Assembly: GCA_020536535.1 (NCBI GenBank)
Contig: JAHLWZ010000486.1
Location: 1-50,655 of the forward strand
Direction of reading: 5' to 3'
Origin: Pelomyxa schiedti
Taxonomy: Eukaryota > Protista > Evosea
Length of the DNA: 50,655 nucleotides
This document shows, piece by piece, positions 36,238 to 48,833 of this stretch. Below the pieces are notes generated by a model. The model made no database searches and was not told the origin of the DNA. It saw only the letters and a program-made list of their open reading frames with translations. The position numbers and the translations under genes are program-made. The first letter of the stretch is position 1. The number at the start of each line of letters is the position of its first letter.

Positions 36238-39200
36238 TTAGAAAACACCAATCAACCTTGCGTCCATCCACCTGAAATGGAGTTACTTTGGCCGGTTTTG
36301 TCAGTTGTTGTTTGTTACAAACCCGCTTTGCGTTCTTCTAAAATAGCAAGTGTGTCCGGCCGATGGGAAAACGGCAAGCACTCTATCTGTCAGACAGCCA
36401 GCTCCGCCATTGCGTGAAAGGCCAGAAAAAACATCCAGTTTATAATCGCTTGGAGTGATCAATTGGATAAATTGCGGGTCCTTTCTGTTGAATCGTTACC
36501 AACTGTGAAGAGGGTATGCAGGGAAAAGAACATACGGAGACACAAGGCAAAAGCAGGCTTCCTTCAAATTTGGGAAGAAATGGTTTCCGAACCTCTGTGG
36601 TGTTTGGGTATGTTTGATATGATGAAAGATGCAACAACGCACCAACAAGAACTTGCGGCATAACTGAGCCATTGTGGTTCCATTTGTTACCTCAATAAAT
36701 CCAAGTTCAGCTCGTACCGTAGGTCTTGCCGTACCTTCACTCAGTTCACAAACAGGAACGTCTGTGAAATAAACAAAGGGTTAACTTCTGACCAGAAAAT
36801 CTGACATACGAAGTGGAATTTCTGGGGCTGGTGGGATCATCGGGTTTGTCATGAACCACGTAAGTGCAGGAGGAGGAACTCCAGGCTCGCGGATCGGATT
36901 ACAGAACAACTCTGTATTTATTGTGAATATACTCAGGGGGCCCATTAATTGGAAGAAGAACCTGATTAAAGTGAGTTTATATACAGGGATTTAGAGGGGA
37001 AAATACTGTTGTGGCGGGCTCTCCACAGAGTTAAATGCATTTAGGCTGACAAACACCCGGACTCGGTGGTCGAGATTAGCAAACAGCGAACATTTATCCT
37101 CAGGATTTCTTTTCTTTGTTGTGCACCACCACACAGGTACCATTTGCCCCGAGAGTTTGGCCCACGAAATGACGTCGACTGGGTTTTTGCCTGTAACGAA
37201 GTAAAGTGTTGAGGGACTATTTGCTGCTGCCGGGTCGTTGATTTCCCTGTATCCAGGATTACTACTTGAGCACTTCGGAGATACTTACGCAAAATCTGTA
37301 CAAGCGCATGGTTCAAGTTGACAATCTCCTACTGGGGATTTGAGAATGGAGGGTAGTTCTGACTTTACTAAAGCAAGTTCAACTGCCAGAACCTTGCAGA
37401 GAATTCTTTTTGGGGTTCTCCAAAAACACCTAAGTACATGTAAGGGGTAAGGTCACAGGTTTTACTGGTACCTGGCAGCCTGTTTGAAAGCAACAACGTT
37501 CCATGTGATCCAGTCTTGGGGTAGAGACCGGTGTACAACTATTTCCTGGGCACTATGTAGCTCCCATGCAATACCATAATTGGGTGGAAGTATTTGGGAA
37601 GAACATTCACCATCTGGTAAAACCGTTGTGGATGACGTCGAGGTAGCAACAGGAACCCTAGAGAACCGCAGAAGGCCAGCCAGTGCAAAGATATCCCAAT
37701 AATCCGGGAGTGGAAGGGCAAGCACTCTGCAGAACTGCGTGTACTGTGCTATGTTTTCAGGATGGATGGCTGATTCTTTGCAGTGAATAGCTCCAAATGA
37801 TTCAGGTAAGAGAGAGAACAGTGCAATTTGTTGGGCTGCAGTATTGAAGGAAGGTAATTCCGACTGGCGAAGCTTACTGGATTCATGTGCAAGCCATCCT
37901 TGGAGTTTTTTGTGTATTTTATTTGTTTGTGCTGTACAAATTGTCTGCAGCAACTCGAATATTTTACTAGAAGAGCCTCGGGTAGCAGGATCAGAGGCGA
38001 ATTTCGCGATAAGGCAGACAGGGCCTTTCAGAAAGTCAAGGCACCAGCTTTGTGATTCTCTGACCTCATTGGAAGTGCAGTTGGCAGGAAATAACCCTTG
38101 TACGACTTTGGTGATCTCTCCTTCAGTGGCATAACACAATAGATCATGATGCATTGTTAGTCTTTGTGTACCGAGGTGACTGGGAAGTTGGGAATAAAGG
38201 AGGTCAGCAACTGCACCCATAAGGGGGGCCGTGGTGGAAAAGACAAATTTCACAGGTACTTTGCCATATTTTTCTTGTTGCCTTGCACACAATTCCTCCA
38301 GGGTAAGGTAAAAAACTGGGAAGATGAAGCTTGAAAAGAGTTCTTGAGTGCACAACAAATGTGAGGAATCTTCTTTGAAAAGTTGTCGAGCACAATGCAG
38401 GATGGCAGGGGTCCAGAGTACTTCCCCGTGTACAAAGTGCACAACCATGGAGGAGTTTGTTGAGTGGAGGTGCTCCACAAGAGACTGAAATGGCTCTGAG
38501 GAAATCTTTACTGTGTTACCACGTTCTAGTAACAGCTTGGAAAAAAGGGTATCACAGGGTTTGCTAATAAGTCCACGCAGCACGTTCTGTAGATCAGAAA
38601 CAGTCAGTTTCTGACCCATCAAATCCTTGCAGAGGGAGGTAAGGCAGAAGGGCTCTTTGTCAATGTGTACTTGGGAGTAGAAACACCCCCACAGAGCATC
38701 GCTACAGGTATACTGTACGATTTTTGTCTGCACGTGTTAATATAGGGAAAGGAAATCATAGATGAAAAACCTTACTTGATCCAGAAATATCAGATACAAC
38801 AACACACCCAGTGGAGTCATGCATCAAACCCATAAGAAACTCATCCAAAGCAGCACCACGAAATTGGGCTCGGTTCTCAGACCTCCAAAACTCGATACTG
38901 GCACTAGTAGGGTATAGCCTCTCTGAAGCTGGCGGTGTAGGCAGTAACCCACCGCCCAACTCGGGTGACAGGGATGGGGGCATTGCATCTGAGAGAGAGC
39001 TCGGATCTTCATTTCCCAAGAAGTGTACACAGATTCAACATGAAATAGCAAACCAAAAAAGAAGAAAGAAAAAAGGACTCAGGGAGAGGGAAAAAAAAAA
39101 AATTCAGAATCAGAAGCACACCGCAATCATACTCCAATTCATCAGACTGTGCACGGCTACGGTAGGGGCTATCGATCCTCCTCCTCTTATTAGTAGCTCC

Positions 39201-40394
39201 CGGGTGTCCCATCGTCCCATTATGACCTCTATTCTGAAAATGGCGCGCCACCCTGCGATCCCTGATTCCCATGCGGCGGTGGTAGTAGTTCGAGTCAATG
39301 TCCCGATCGCCCCCCTCTTCTTCCGTAGTCTCCCCCTCCTCCTCCTCCTCATCCTCCTCGCCACCGCTGCGATCATCACCCACAGCCACCTTCTCCCCCG
39401 AGCTCATTCGCAGCATCTCGCCCCTTCTCCCTCTGATCTGCTCTCTGTCCCCTCCTCCTCCTCCTCCTCCTCCTCCTCCGCCGCTGCACCCACTCAGAAC
39501 CTCGCTCAGCTGCGCCGCTGTGAATGCCCCGCTCAGTTCACCACTTCCCCAGCCCCCTGTGCTATGGTGACCCATAAGCCCCTTCTGCATCCCCGTCCCG
39601 TCGAAATACGGGCTCGCCAGGCCAGGCCTTCCCCGCCTGTGCTTGCCCGTGTCGTTGATGTAGTTGATGTCCGCGAGGATCTCCTCCCCGTCGCCGTCGT
39701 CGTCGTCGTCGTCGAGACCGCGGCGGCGCGGGGGGCCGCGACGCTGGGGCTGCGGCTGCGGCTGGTGAGGCGGCCGCGGCATGCCCTCGCCGACCACGGG
39801 CGCCCGCGCGCGTGCTGGCTGCTGCTGCGGCGGGGGCGACAGCGGCGGGGGGAGCACCGGCGAGGGGCCGTGCACGCCCATCGAGCTGAGCGCCGCCGCC
39901 GCCGTAGCCACGGAGGACGAGCACGAGGACTGGGACTGCGGCGAAGACTGCGAGGAGGACGACGGCGACGGCGAAGGCGAGCCGGGCGGCGAGGGGGGCG
40001 TGATTGGGGCGCGGGCCAGGGGCGGCGGCAGGGCGGGCACCACCACGGAGACGGAGCGCGGGCCGCCGCCAGGAACACGGCGCAGCGGCACCACTATGGT
40101 CTGGCGCGACGCTGCGGCCGCCTCCTCGTGCTCCTCGTTGGCACCACGCTGGTGGCGGGGGGGCGCGGGAGGCGGCGGCGGCGGCGGCGGCGGGGGTGCG
40201 GGTGCGCTGTGCTGTGGCTCCTCGCAGTGCTCCGCGACGGCAGTGGGGGGGGGAGGGTGTGGGGCGTTGGCAAGTGGCGCGTCGCCGAGGCTGCTGTGGT
40301 CTTGCGTTGTTGCTGTGGTTGTGGATGTGACTACTAGTACAGTGTCGGTGTTGGTGCTGGTCATGGCGCCTGGCGCTTGTTGGTGCGGCTCCAT
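36238..40394 (-). CDS. Large hypothetical protein: disordered P/S/G/acidic N-terminus plus a long globular region; multi-exon
   Basis: GC-rich exon 1 from ATG 40394, a 423-codon internal ORF at 37462-38733, and further GT-AG exons modelled to ...WMDARLIGVF* at 36238. No family recognised. Confidence 0.7.
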
Positions 40395-40618
40395 TGTCAC
40401 TAGATAAGAGATTTGATTGTAGATGTCTGGACTAGATTGGGGCTCTCTGCCGAGGTTCCTCCTTGTGTACGGCGGTAATCAAGAACAGAGCGAAGTACAG
40501 AATACCCAAACCAATCCAATCCCTTCCAGAAGCATAAGATTGAAACAAGGGAAAGAAGACGGTTTTGTTTCATCAAAAAATTTAAGGTGGGAACTTCCCC
40601 CCCTCGGCAGGCACCCTG

Positions 40619-40782
40619 CATGTGGCAATTTCCCTCGTGGCATGTGCGCCCATTGGCAATGCACCCACACTGGCTGTCGGGCACGACTACATAGAGACGC
40701 GGGGTGCTGCCAGGAAGGCACCAGGAGCCAGTGTGGGTGCATTGCCAATGGGCGCACATGCCACGAGGGCAGCTGCCACATG
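40619..40782. repeat. Long inverted repeat: perfect 44-bp stem (40632-40675 / 40726-40769) with a 50-nt loop
   Basis: CCCTCGTGGCATGTGCGCCCATTGGCAATGCACCCACACTGGCT and its exact reverse complement, plus outer CATGTGGCA/TGCCACATG pairing. Confidence 0.95.
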
Positions 40783-41526
40783 AGGTACGCGGGTGGTACC
40801 CAGCGCCGCCGGTTCTGGTGGTTGCTCTTGTGTGTAGTAGTGCTGTGTAGTAGTACTGCTGCGGATGTTGTGTGTGGAACACTGAGATATGAGTGCGGGG
40901 ACGGTGGGAATTGCTCTGTGAGTACGTTTTTGAAAACACTTGGATGTATCGGATCATACTGGTGATGTAATCATTGCTGCGGGAACAATAACAGCACTAC
41001 CAAAACTTAAGTTAAACAGCACATAGTTCCTCCTCCTGTGATATGTATTTTTTTTCCGTATCCGAAATAGCCTCACCAAAAACAAACAAAGCCAGTCCAA
41101 ACATTCAGATTACGCACTGCGATAACATCAACATGCACTCCAACACTCAATAAAGGTAGCCTTCATTTTTCGCCATTATAATCTACTGACATATGTGTGG
41201 GATATTGTAAAGAGGTTACTACTCCTCCTCATAGACGGACTTCCGACTTCAGCAAATCCGGCGATATGGAGCTCTTTTGGGAGAGGTTGGGTAGTGTGGT
41301 GCTAGGAGCTTGAGTCCCGCCACATTTTGCACCCCCATTTTGCGCACCCATGGAGCTCTGATAATCTGGTGAACCCACCACCAGGACCACACAGGGAGCC
41401 CCGTGGGTGGTATCAGGACCGGGATGGCCGGCCAGCCTCAGGCAATGGCACTAAGATCAAATATTCATTTTAGGCTTTTTTTGATCCTTGAGGCGACCAA
41501 CGGGTGCTGTGTAGTTTCATACCTCG

Positions 41527-43368
41527 ATGTCGTCCACAACGACGTGCGGGAGTGTCGAAGTCTACGAGCTGCGGGGAGCCGTGAAGGCCTACGACTGGGG
41601 CACCCGCGGGGCGGCCTCCATCGTGGCGCTGCTCTCTCGCCCCACCGCGTCCACCAGCAGCAACAGCGCCCACTGCGCAGCAGCAGAGGAGGTGGAGGAG
41701 GCCCGGCGACCCTACGCGGAGCTGTGGGTTGGGTCGCACCCGTCGGGCCGGGCCACGGTAACGGGGCGGTGGCCGCGGGGCGGGGGGGCACCACCCCTGC
41801 GGGGGCTGGGGGTGCTTGTGCCGGCGTGCGGGGGGGGACTGGGAGGGGGCGGGGCAGGGGGCGCGGGAGGGGGGCTGTGTCGCCCTGGGGCGGCGACGGA
41901 GCAGGCATGCGCGGGGCCGTTTGATGTTCCGATGCCGTTTCTGCTGAAAGTATTGTCGGTGGCCAAGCCCTTGTCCATACAGGTACTGTTATATCTTCTT
42001 GTGTTGTTATAATTCTTATTGGGTGATGGGGATAGGCTCACCCAGATAAAGTTCTTGCAGCCAAGTTACATACCTTGAACCCTAGAGCCTATCCTGATGA
42101 TAACCACAAACCAGAAATGGTATTTGTTATGCTTTATTCCCAGACATATGCATTTCATCCAAACTGATGCGTGGCTACCAAGGCAATTGCACTGACAGAG
42201 TTTTTCTTGCTTTGTGGGTTCCGTCCAGTTCAACAACTGCTTGACATGACTCGAATGTTTCCCGAATTTGCATCTGGTATTTCCGAATCCGGAATGTCTG
42301 CCTTAAATAATGTAGTGTTCTTCTTTATTTATGTTGGCTTACCATTTGCAGGCCACAACAAGCAATGACACATCAAAAAGCTCCGAGGCAATCAGAATCG
42401 CCTTTATGACTGTGGCTCATGCAGCACCCCAGGTTATTTCAAACCTTGTAACTCATTTGAATGAGAGATTGCATTCTGTCCCCCAACGCAATATGTGAGT
42501 GGTTTAGTTCCCAAATCTTTTTGTTTCTTTTCTTATGAGGTAGTCTAGAGGAACTAGTTTATTCCTTGACTGTTGATCATCCTGGAGATGTAGGCGTATT
42601 ATGTTCACTGTTCCTGAACCACTTGACTTTGCAGCCTGGACAAGCTGTATTCATTGTATGTATTGTCCCTGCTGTTACTTTAAATGAGGGCTAAATTAAA
42701 AACAAGGGTCCAAATATACCACATGCTTACCTTAGTGGGGAATGCATTGAATGCATGGCATGCTCTGACAACGTTGTGAGGGCCGGCTTGACAAATAAAT
42801 TCGTGGTTTGTTCCACGCAAAATGCCATCCACCTCATTAATCATCCCAGGACATCGACGTTCTCTGCAACATGTTTGACTACATTCCGAAGACAGAGTGG
42901 GTCCTCAGCGCCTCATCATCGTCCAATAACGAGGTGGTCTATCAGCCACCACCGTCATTCCCGGAGTTCCGCGTCACCACCATTCGGGTTCCTCCCGGCA
43001 ACACTCACACCACGCAGATAGTGAACCACACAGTAATCCTCATATACAACAAGGAGCCCGGAATACTCGGCACAATCGCCCTAGAATACGAAAGTGACAC
43101 CACCGCAACAGGATCCCCGGTCCACAGTATCAGGACGTGTGTAACACCATCGATACAGAACAAATGGAGTGTATCCTCCGGCTCTGCAATGTACTTCTCC
43201 GTCGAAGATGAGTCCAACAACCTCCCTCATACCACCATTCCCCCGGTTCTCCGCATCACAAATGATAACAACAACAATTCCGGCCACACACTTGAATGTG
43301 TTCTGGTTCAGCCCAACAATTCATCACCAACTACACTAACAGCAACACTTCCACACTCCAAACTATGA
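41527..43368 (+). CDS. MPI: Mannose-6-phosphate isomerase, type I
   Basis: [31 protein letters not shown]|[15 protein letters not shown]|[32 protein letters not shown]. Confidence 0.97.
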
Positions 43369-43497
43369 GATGAGATTGGTTGAATTGCCCCAAGTGCTCA
43401 AAACAAGCAGTACTTTCGTTTCTGAGTACTTTTTGACCCATCATAAACAAGTTGGGATAAATAATAACAATATAAGAAGGGGTTGAGTATCACACAC

Positions 43498-44033
43498 ATG
43501 AGGGTGCAGGTTGAGTTTGGCGGGGGCCTCGAGATAGTCTCGGGAATGTGAGTTAGTGTATGTTGTTGTCGTGTGCGTGTGAGGGTGGGGGGTGGTCATT
43601 TACTAATGTTGCTGCTACTACTACTACTAGTAAACAGGACAGCGTTGATGTTGGGGATGGAGTGACCAACGTAGGGGGGCTGATAACGTGGCTTGTGGCC
43701 AATAGGTTGTCCCACTGTGTCAACCAGCTCATCCTCAACAACTCCCTGTACGTAGACCCCCTTCCCTTATGATATGGTCAATGACATGGCACACTAACAC
43801 TGAAGCGGCCGAAACCCCGGCGCGCTTTGTGGTTGCATCGCCGTAGAATATATTGTTATTATTATTATTAGTGTATGTCATATTATGTTCTACCAACTCA
43901 TTCCACTTACAGGAGACCAGGGATTATTGTAGTTATCAACGATGACTATGAATGGGGTTTGTACGGGAAGGAAGCATGCCCGCTATCAGACGGGGACTCT
44001 GTTGCATTCATCACCACCCTACACGGTGGCTAG
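43498..44033 (+). CDS. URM1: Ubiquitin-related modifier 1 (95 aa; exons 43498-43547, 43631-43747, 43913-44033)
   Basis: MRVQVEFGGGLE...LRPGIIVVIND...GDSVAFITTLHGG*. It is absent from the ORF track as a whole protein because of the introns. Confidence 0.95.
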
Positions 44034-44218
44034 GCTTACCCACAAGCACAATATTCGCCCTATCACTCCACCATTGAATAATACTAGTCACACAACACAG
44101 TCAGCACAAACTGCACTACACAGGCAGAAAACCATAAAGTAGATAAAACTTTGCATTAAAGTGTATTTTCTTAAAACCCTTTGTCGAGGTCTGGTTGACA
44201 CAGATAAATACTGTTGGG

Positions 44219-47200
44219 TCAAAGACTATCATTGATGGAAGACAATGTACTAAGTACAGCAGTGATCCGCGCAAAATCGCCGTGCTCAGGACCGGTGTGC
44301 TTCAACATATCCTGTGCGCATAAATTGTCAGTAGTGAAACAAGGAATAATGATAAATACTCTGAAAAATGTTCTGTAGTCTTGGATTCTTTTGGTAGGAA
44401 CGGCTAAATCCTCCAGCATGGAATTATAGGGTTTTGCTTTCTAGAGATAAAGCGTTAGGTGTGGTGAAGGGGTTAAGAGGTCAAGACAATACCAAAACTG
44501 CCACTACAGCGTCATTATTGGACTTAGAAAGACCGTCCAAGGCAACTCTCTGTTCCCGGTGATGTTTTAAGTAGGCACTATGCTGCACAAAGACCGGAGA
44601 CTGCGGCTTAAATAAATCAGACAAAGTGTTATGAGATGCCCACTCTGACTGCCTGGTGCACAGTGCGATTACATGTCTGTTGGTTTGCGTTAGATAGAAA
44701 AAAGAGGCTAAGGTTGTTACTGTTCATGAGCGGACACCACATCGTTGAAGTTACTTACGACTTTTTTGATCTGTTCTCTCAGTGCCTTATTTGTGGATTT
44801 GCTTTTTTCGATATCTTGCAGTGGTTTTATACATGTCTGAAGTGATTAGGGACAGGAATTTGCCTTTTGTAGTACCTGTTGGATTTCTTGAAGTTTAACC
44901 CAATATTCACTTTCAGAGTTTGCAATCTGAACACACATCTCTTTCCGCTTAGGTTCGGAAGTTATCGAGGAGGCCGCAGGTGTGGTGACGAGAACTTTCC
45001 CAGCAGAAAACGCAGTCTGCAGACAAGTCTGCCAGAGTTGAGCATCTGATGGGAATTTGCATCTTCGTTTGATTAATTAATTGACTATGAGGATGTCAAG
45101 CAAACCTGAATGAGCCTTGTGTAAGAAGCAATTGCACACCACCCTTCGGGTCAATTTTGAGTTCACTGGTTGACACTCCAGCCATACATAGAAATTTCAT
45201 TTTGCGACCAACTTCTCCTTCAACCACAAGGAGCTCATCGTTAAAGAGCCAAAGATGTCCTTGCTTATCGTTAACAGATACAGGGCCCTGCTTGATAATA
45301 ACCCGTAGCTCAGAACCACTGCCTAGCCCACCAGAATTAGTGTACTCGCTGATATGCTGTGGTAAGGATGTGAGAAAATGTGCAGCCACAGGGAATTCAG
45401 TGATCGAGCTTTGAATTTTCAGGAGCTCGCAGCACTTGGTAATAAATTCATTGAGGTAGCTGACAAGGCCTTGAAACTGTTGCACATATGGACGGTCAAC
45501 ATGTGTTTGTGGAGTCTTGTGAAGTAACTTATCCACAACGATTTCATCTGTGAAATATGATAAGTAACAAGCTGTAGTTTACTGCGGGAATGTACAGTGC
45601 CTAAGGTGATCCTTTGGAGTGTTGAGCAAATTGACTAATGTCATAGCATTGAGGAAGTTCGTTCCTTCTAATTTCTAAAGGCAAATTGAAATGTAATCAC
45701 TCACACAAAGAGGGAAAAGTACATTTATAAAGGTGCTGAACTTCCCAGATTTCTCCCTCCAATGAACTATCTCATACTCGATGTTATACCTCGCGTAATC
45801 TTTATATAACTGTTGCCACTCAACCTGCGCATGTAAGTACTTCCTAACTACCAATTGTGAGAGCCTACATTATCAACATAAAGTTTGCACGGCGTCGAGT
45901 CGCTGGTCCAAGAGCCAAGACAGTCGGTCAGGGATTTTATTATCCTGGTACATGTTTTAGGGAAGGTAAGTACCGTACCTATCATAAGATTTACTTTTCT
46001 TGAAATTCAACAAGTCCAGCAATGGTATTTGCAAAGTGAACTTCAAATGTGTTCATGTCAATGTCATAAGGCTGATATCGCACAGGGCATAATACATTCT
46101 GAAAATAGTGTCAATTACGAGTGAAATTCTCTACACTAAGTTACTGAGTGCAGCTTTCCCAAGCTGATAGCTAAAACTTTCTCGGCTTCTAGCATCTGAA
46201 CAACGCATAATCTCCTCATATCAGAACTTGATTGACTGTCTGCAGATGATGTTGTACTACTATTGGGAGTATCTTCAGTTGAGCTTATAGCCGGAGAATC
46301 CCATCTAGACTCTCCTGTCAGAACATTGAAGAAGTAGGAATTCCCTTCATCGTCTTTGTAAATGCCCCACCCTACCAGGGTGAGTGTAGTTCATGTGAAA
46401 ATATATACCTAAAGGAAGACCAGGAGTTTGGGGAATTACTGCTGGTAGCTGATTAGCTACTGCTTGGGATGAATCTTGTGAGCACCGCAATTCTACGATA
46501 GGAGGTTTTTCTGGGGAAGAATTCTGTTGTGCAAGTGGCTGTTGTTGCATTTGTGACGATGTTGGCTGGGCTTGTGAGACTGTCTGCTGTTGTTGTGGGA
46601 GTTGCTGCTGAGGTTGGGGTTGAGTCACTTGCACTGTTTGGGTTTGAATAGGTTGTGGCTGCATTGTTTGGGGTTGAGTCAGTTGTACTGGTTGGGTTTG
46701 AATAGGTTGTGATGGTTGGGGTTGAACAAGCTGAGGTTGAATTGGCTGGGGTTGGGCCTGTTGGGGGTGAAGCTGTGCCGTGGTCTGCTGTGGCTGAGAG
46801 GCCGGTTTTGGAATTTGTGGTAGTGGTTTACTTTGGGGTTGCGGGAGTGGCTTGTTATGTTGTGGATGAGTCTGTAGTTGCGGTTTCGTTTGAGGTTGAA
46901 TAGTTTGCTGGGTCACAGCCGGAGCCGGATTTACATGCTGCACTTCAACAGGCACAATATGAGGTTCTACCACCACAGGTGACTCAACTACAAATGGTTG
47001 ATGTTGTGTAGGCGGCGGTTGCGCGACAGGTACCACGGGTGGTGCCTGTGGTAATGTCCAGCTGGATTCATTTGAGATACAATTCCAGTAGTATATTTTC
47101 CCGCTCGTAGGGTCGTTGTGAACAGACCAATCTTATGGGACGTCAATTGAGAGCTGCAGGGGGGAAAAAATGACTTGGAGGAAGAACGGGAAAGTCCCAC

Positions 47201-47613
47201 GCTGATTCGCCATTCAGAGTGTTGAAATAATACTTCCGGTTGGAGTCATCAATGTATTCCCCCCATCCTGCAAACAAGTCAGTTTTTTTTTTTCGGTGTT
47301 TTAATTCTGATGTGTGGTGCATAGTGAAGTGAGGGTAAAAGCGAAAAAAGCAAGAGGTTTTGTTGACAACAACATAGCATCATTCTAACTAATATTAAAC
47401 CAAGGGGGGAGGGAGGGAACCTAGAGGCAACTGCCTGTTGTTGACACCGTTGCCCGTCGTCGTACCAGACGCAGACAATGCGCCCATCTGCATCGGCATC
47501 GGCTGCTGCTGTTGCTGTGGTAGTCCCGGCGGCGTCATCGCCAACAGCTTGGACAGCGACAGGTTGTCGCCCCCGCCCCCGCCACCAGTACCAGTACCAC
47601 TACTACTGCTCAT
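44219..47613 (-). CDS. RhoGEF-family protein: 3 WW domains, Q/P-rich linker, DH-PH, second DH-like domain
   Basis: WW motifs LPLG|WGEYIDDSNRKYYFNTLNGESAWDFP, N|WSVHNDPTSGKIYYWNCISNESSWTLP and LPLG|WGIYKDDEGNSYFFNVLTGESRWDSP. DH ends LLHKTPQTHVD and PTKRIQDY...MLKHTGPEHGD. PH motif IKQG...HLWLFNDELLV. Confidence 0.85.
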
Positions 47614-47817
47614 GATGTGATGTTTGTTGTACCTTATCCCCTCCTCTCTCCTATCTGCCGCACTAGCACCAACTGCTGTTGTGAGTGTCGAATGGCGGGT
47701 CCTCTGTACGCTATCAAAAAAATGAAATCGGCACTTTTCGAATCGATCAGGAGAGATAACGGGCGTGGGGCTCGGCGCAACCTGGAGTCGGATGTTGGCC
47801 TTCTCGTTCGACTGCCA

Positions 47818-48181
47818 TTAGGTAGAATGTGGCAGCCATGTTGGGGGTACTGGGGCACCTCCTATGCCTTCCTCATAGCACCTGCCAAGCCAGTTCATTG
47901 CCTCAGTGTTTCCCTTGTTAGACCCTTCCTGGTACAGTGCCATGGCTATGCCTGGGTCCCTGTCCACCCCAGAACCTCTCTCATAGTACCTCCCCAGCCA
48001 GTACATTCCCACCACACTGCCAGCTTCAACAGCCCTCTAAAACATCAACACACCTTGTGCTCATCCACTGGCAGAATGCCCCCATCCTTATACAAAGACC
48101 CAAGCATGGTCATCACAGGATTCATCCCGACCTTAAGCCAGATGGCACTGGGCCTGTATGCACACTCCAGAAAAAAGTGCC
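47818..48181 (-). pseudogene. Sel1-like repeat pseudogene fragment
   Basis: MLGSLYKDG, GMYWLGRYYERGSGVDRD and EAMNWLGRCYEEGIG, with a frameshift and an in-frame TAG at 48039-48037. Confidence 0.7.
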
Positions 48182-48486
48182 CCTACATAGCCATTCACAC
48201 TTTCTAACTAAAAAATGAAGGTGATGTTTTGTTGGTTTTGTTTTGTTCAAAGTGACAATTATCTTGAGCCGTTGAGCACTTCCTCACTTGCAATGCAACA
48301 CCACTGCACAGGCCTCAGTGTCACCTCCCCTCCCCAATGTGCCATTTGAACAGGGAAATCCCAAAAGGGAGAAACATCTCAAAATGCGTCACGGCGATGC
48401 CCACCGTGACACATTCTGAGCAGGATTCATCCCAACCTTAAGCCAGATGGCACTGGGCCTGTATGCACACTCCAGAAAAAAGTGCC
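48116..48486. repeat. 66-bp direct repeat (48116-48181 and 48421-48486, one mismatch)
   Basis: CAGGATTCATCCC[G/A]ACCTTAAGCCAGATGGCACTGGGCCTGTATGCACACTCCAGAAAAAAGTGCC occurs twice. Confidence 0.95.
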
Positions 48487-48833
48487 TTTTTCCTTTTTTC
48501 TTTTTATTGTGCCCCAGCAGGGTTGGGCAATACCCACCAACCCAACTACACAGCACACTATGCTTGTACTGAAGCAAGACCAAGTGGAAACAAAGTGTTT
48601 ATTTTAGTTGTTATGGTGGGGTTGCAGTTTCTTCCCAGGACTTCACTGTATTCAGTGGACTCACTTTCACAGAGTCATGATGGTGCACTGCCCTTGGGTT
48701 GTGTCAACTTCAGGCATTGTGCACATCCCCACCACAGCTGTTTTCAATTATGGTGTTAAACAAGTGTTAAGAATGCATTGTTACTCCACATTGGGATTTC
48801 TAAACATTCATATTTTATCAAAGGTGTAAAAAT

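Noticed and set aside
21524-43368. Alpha-mannosidase and MPI as a mannose-salvage gene cluster
   Set aside because: They are ~15 kb apart and separated by unrelated genes, with no evidence beyond chance.
43795-43835. SECIS, hammerhead or twister-like motif in the URM1 intron
   Set aside because: It lacks the 3' GA of the SECIS core, the CUGANGA hammerhead core and the twister P4 loop. It is kept only as a generic hairpin.
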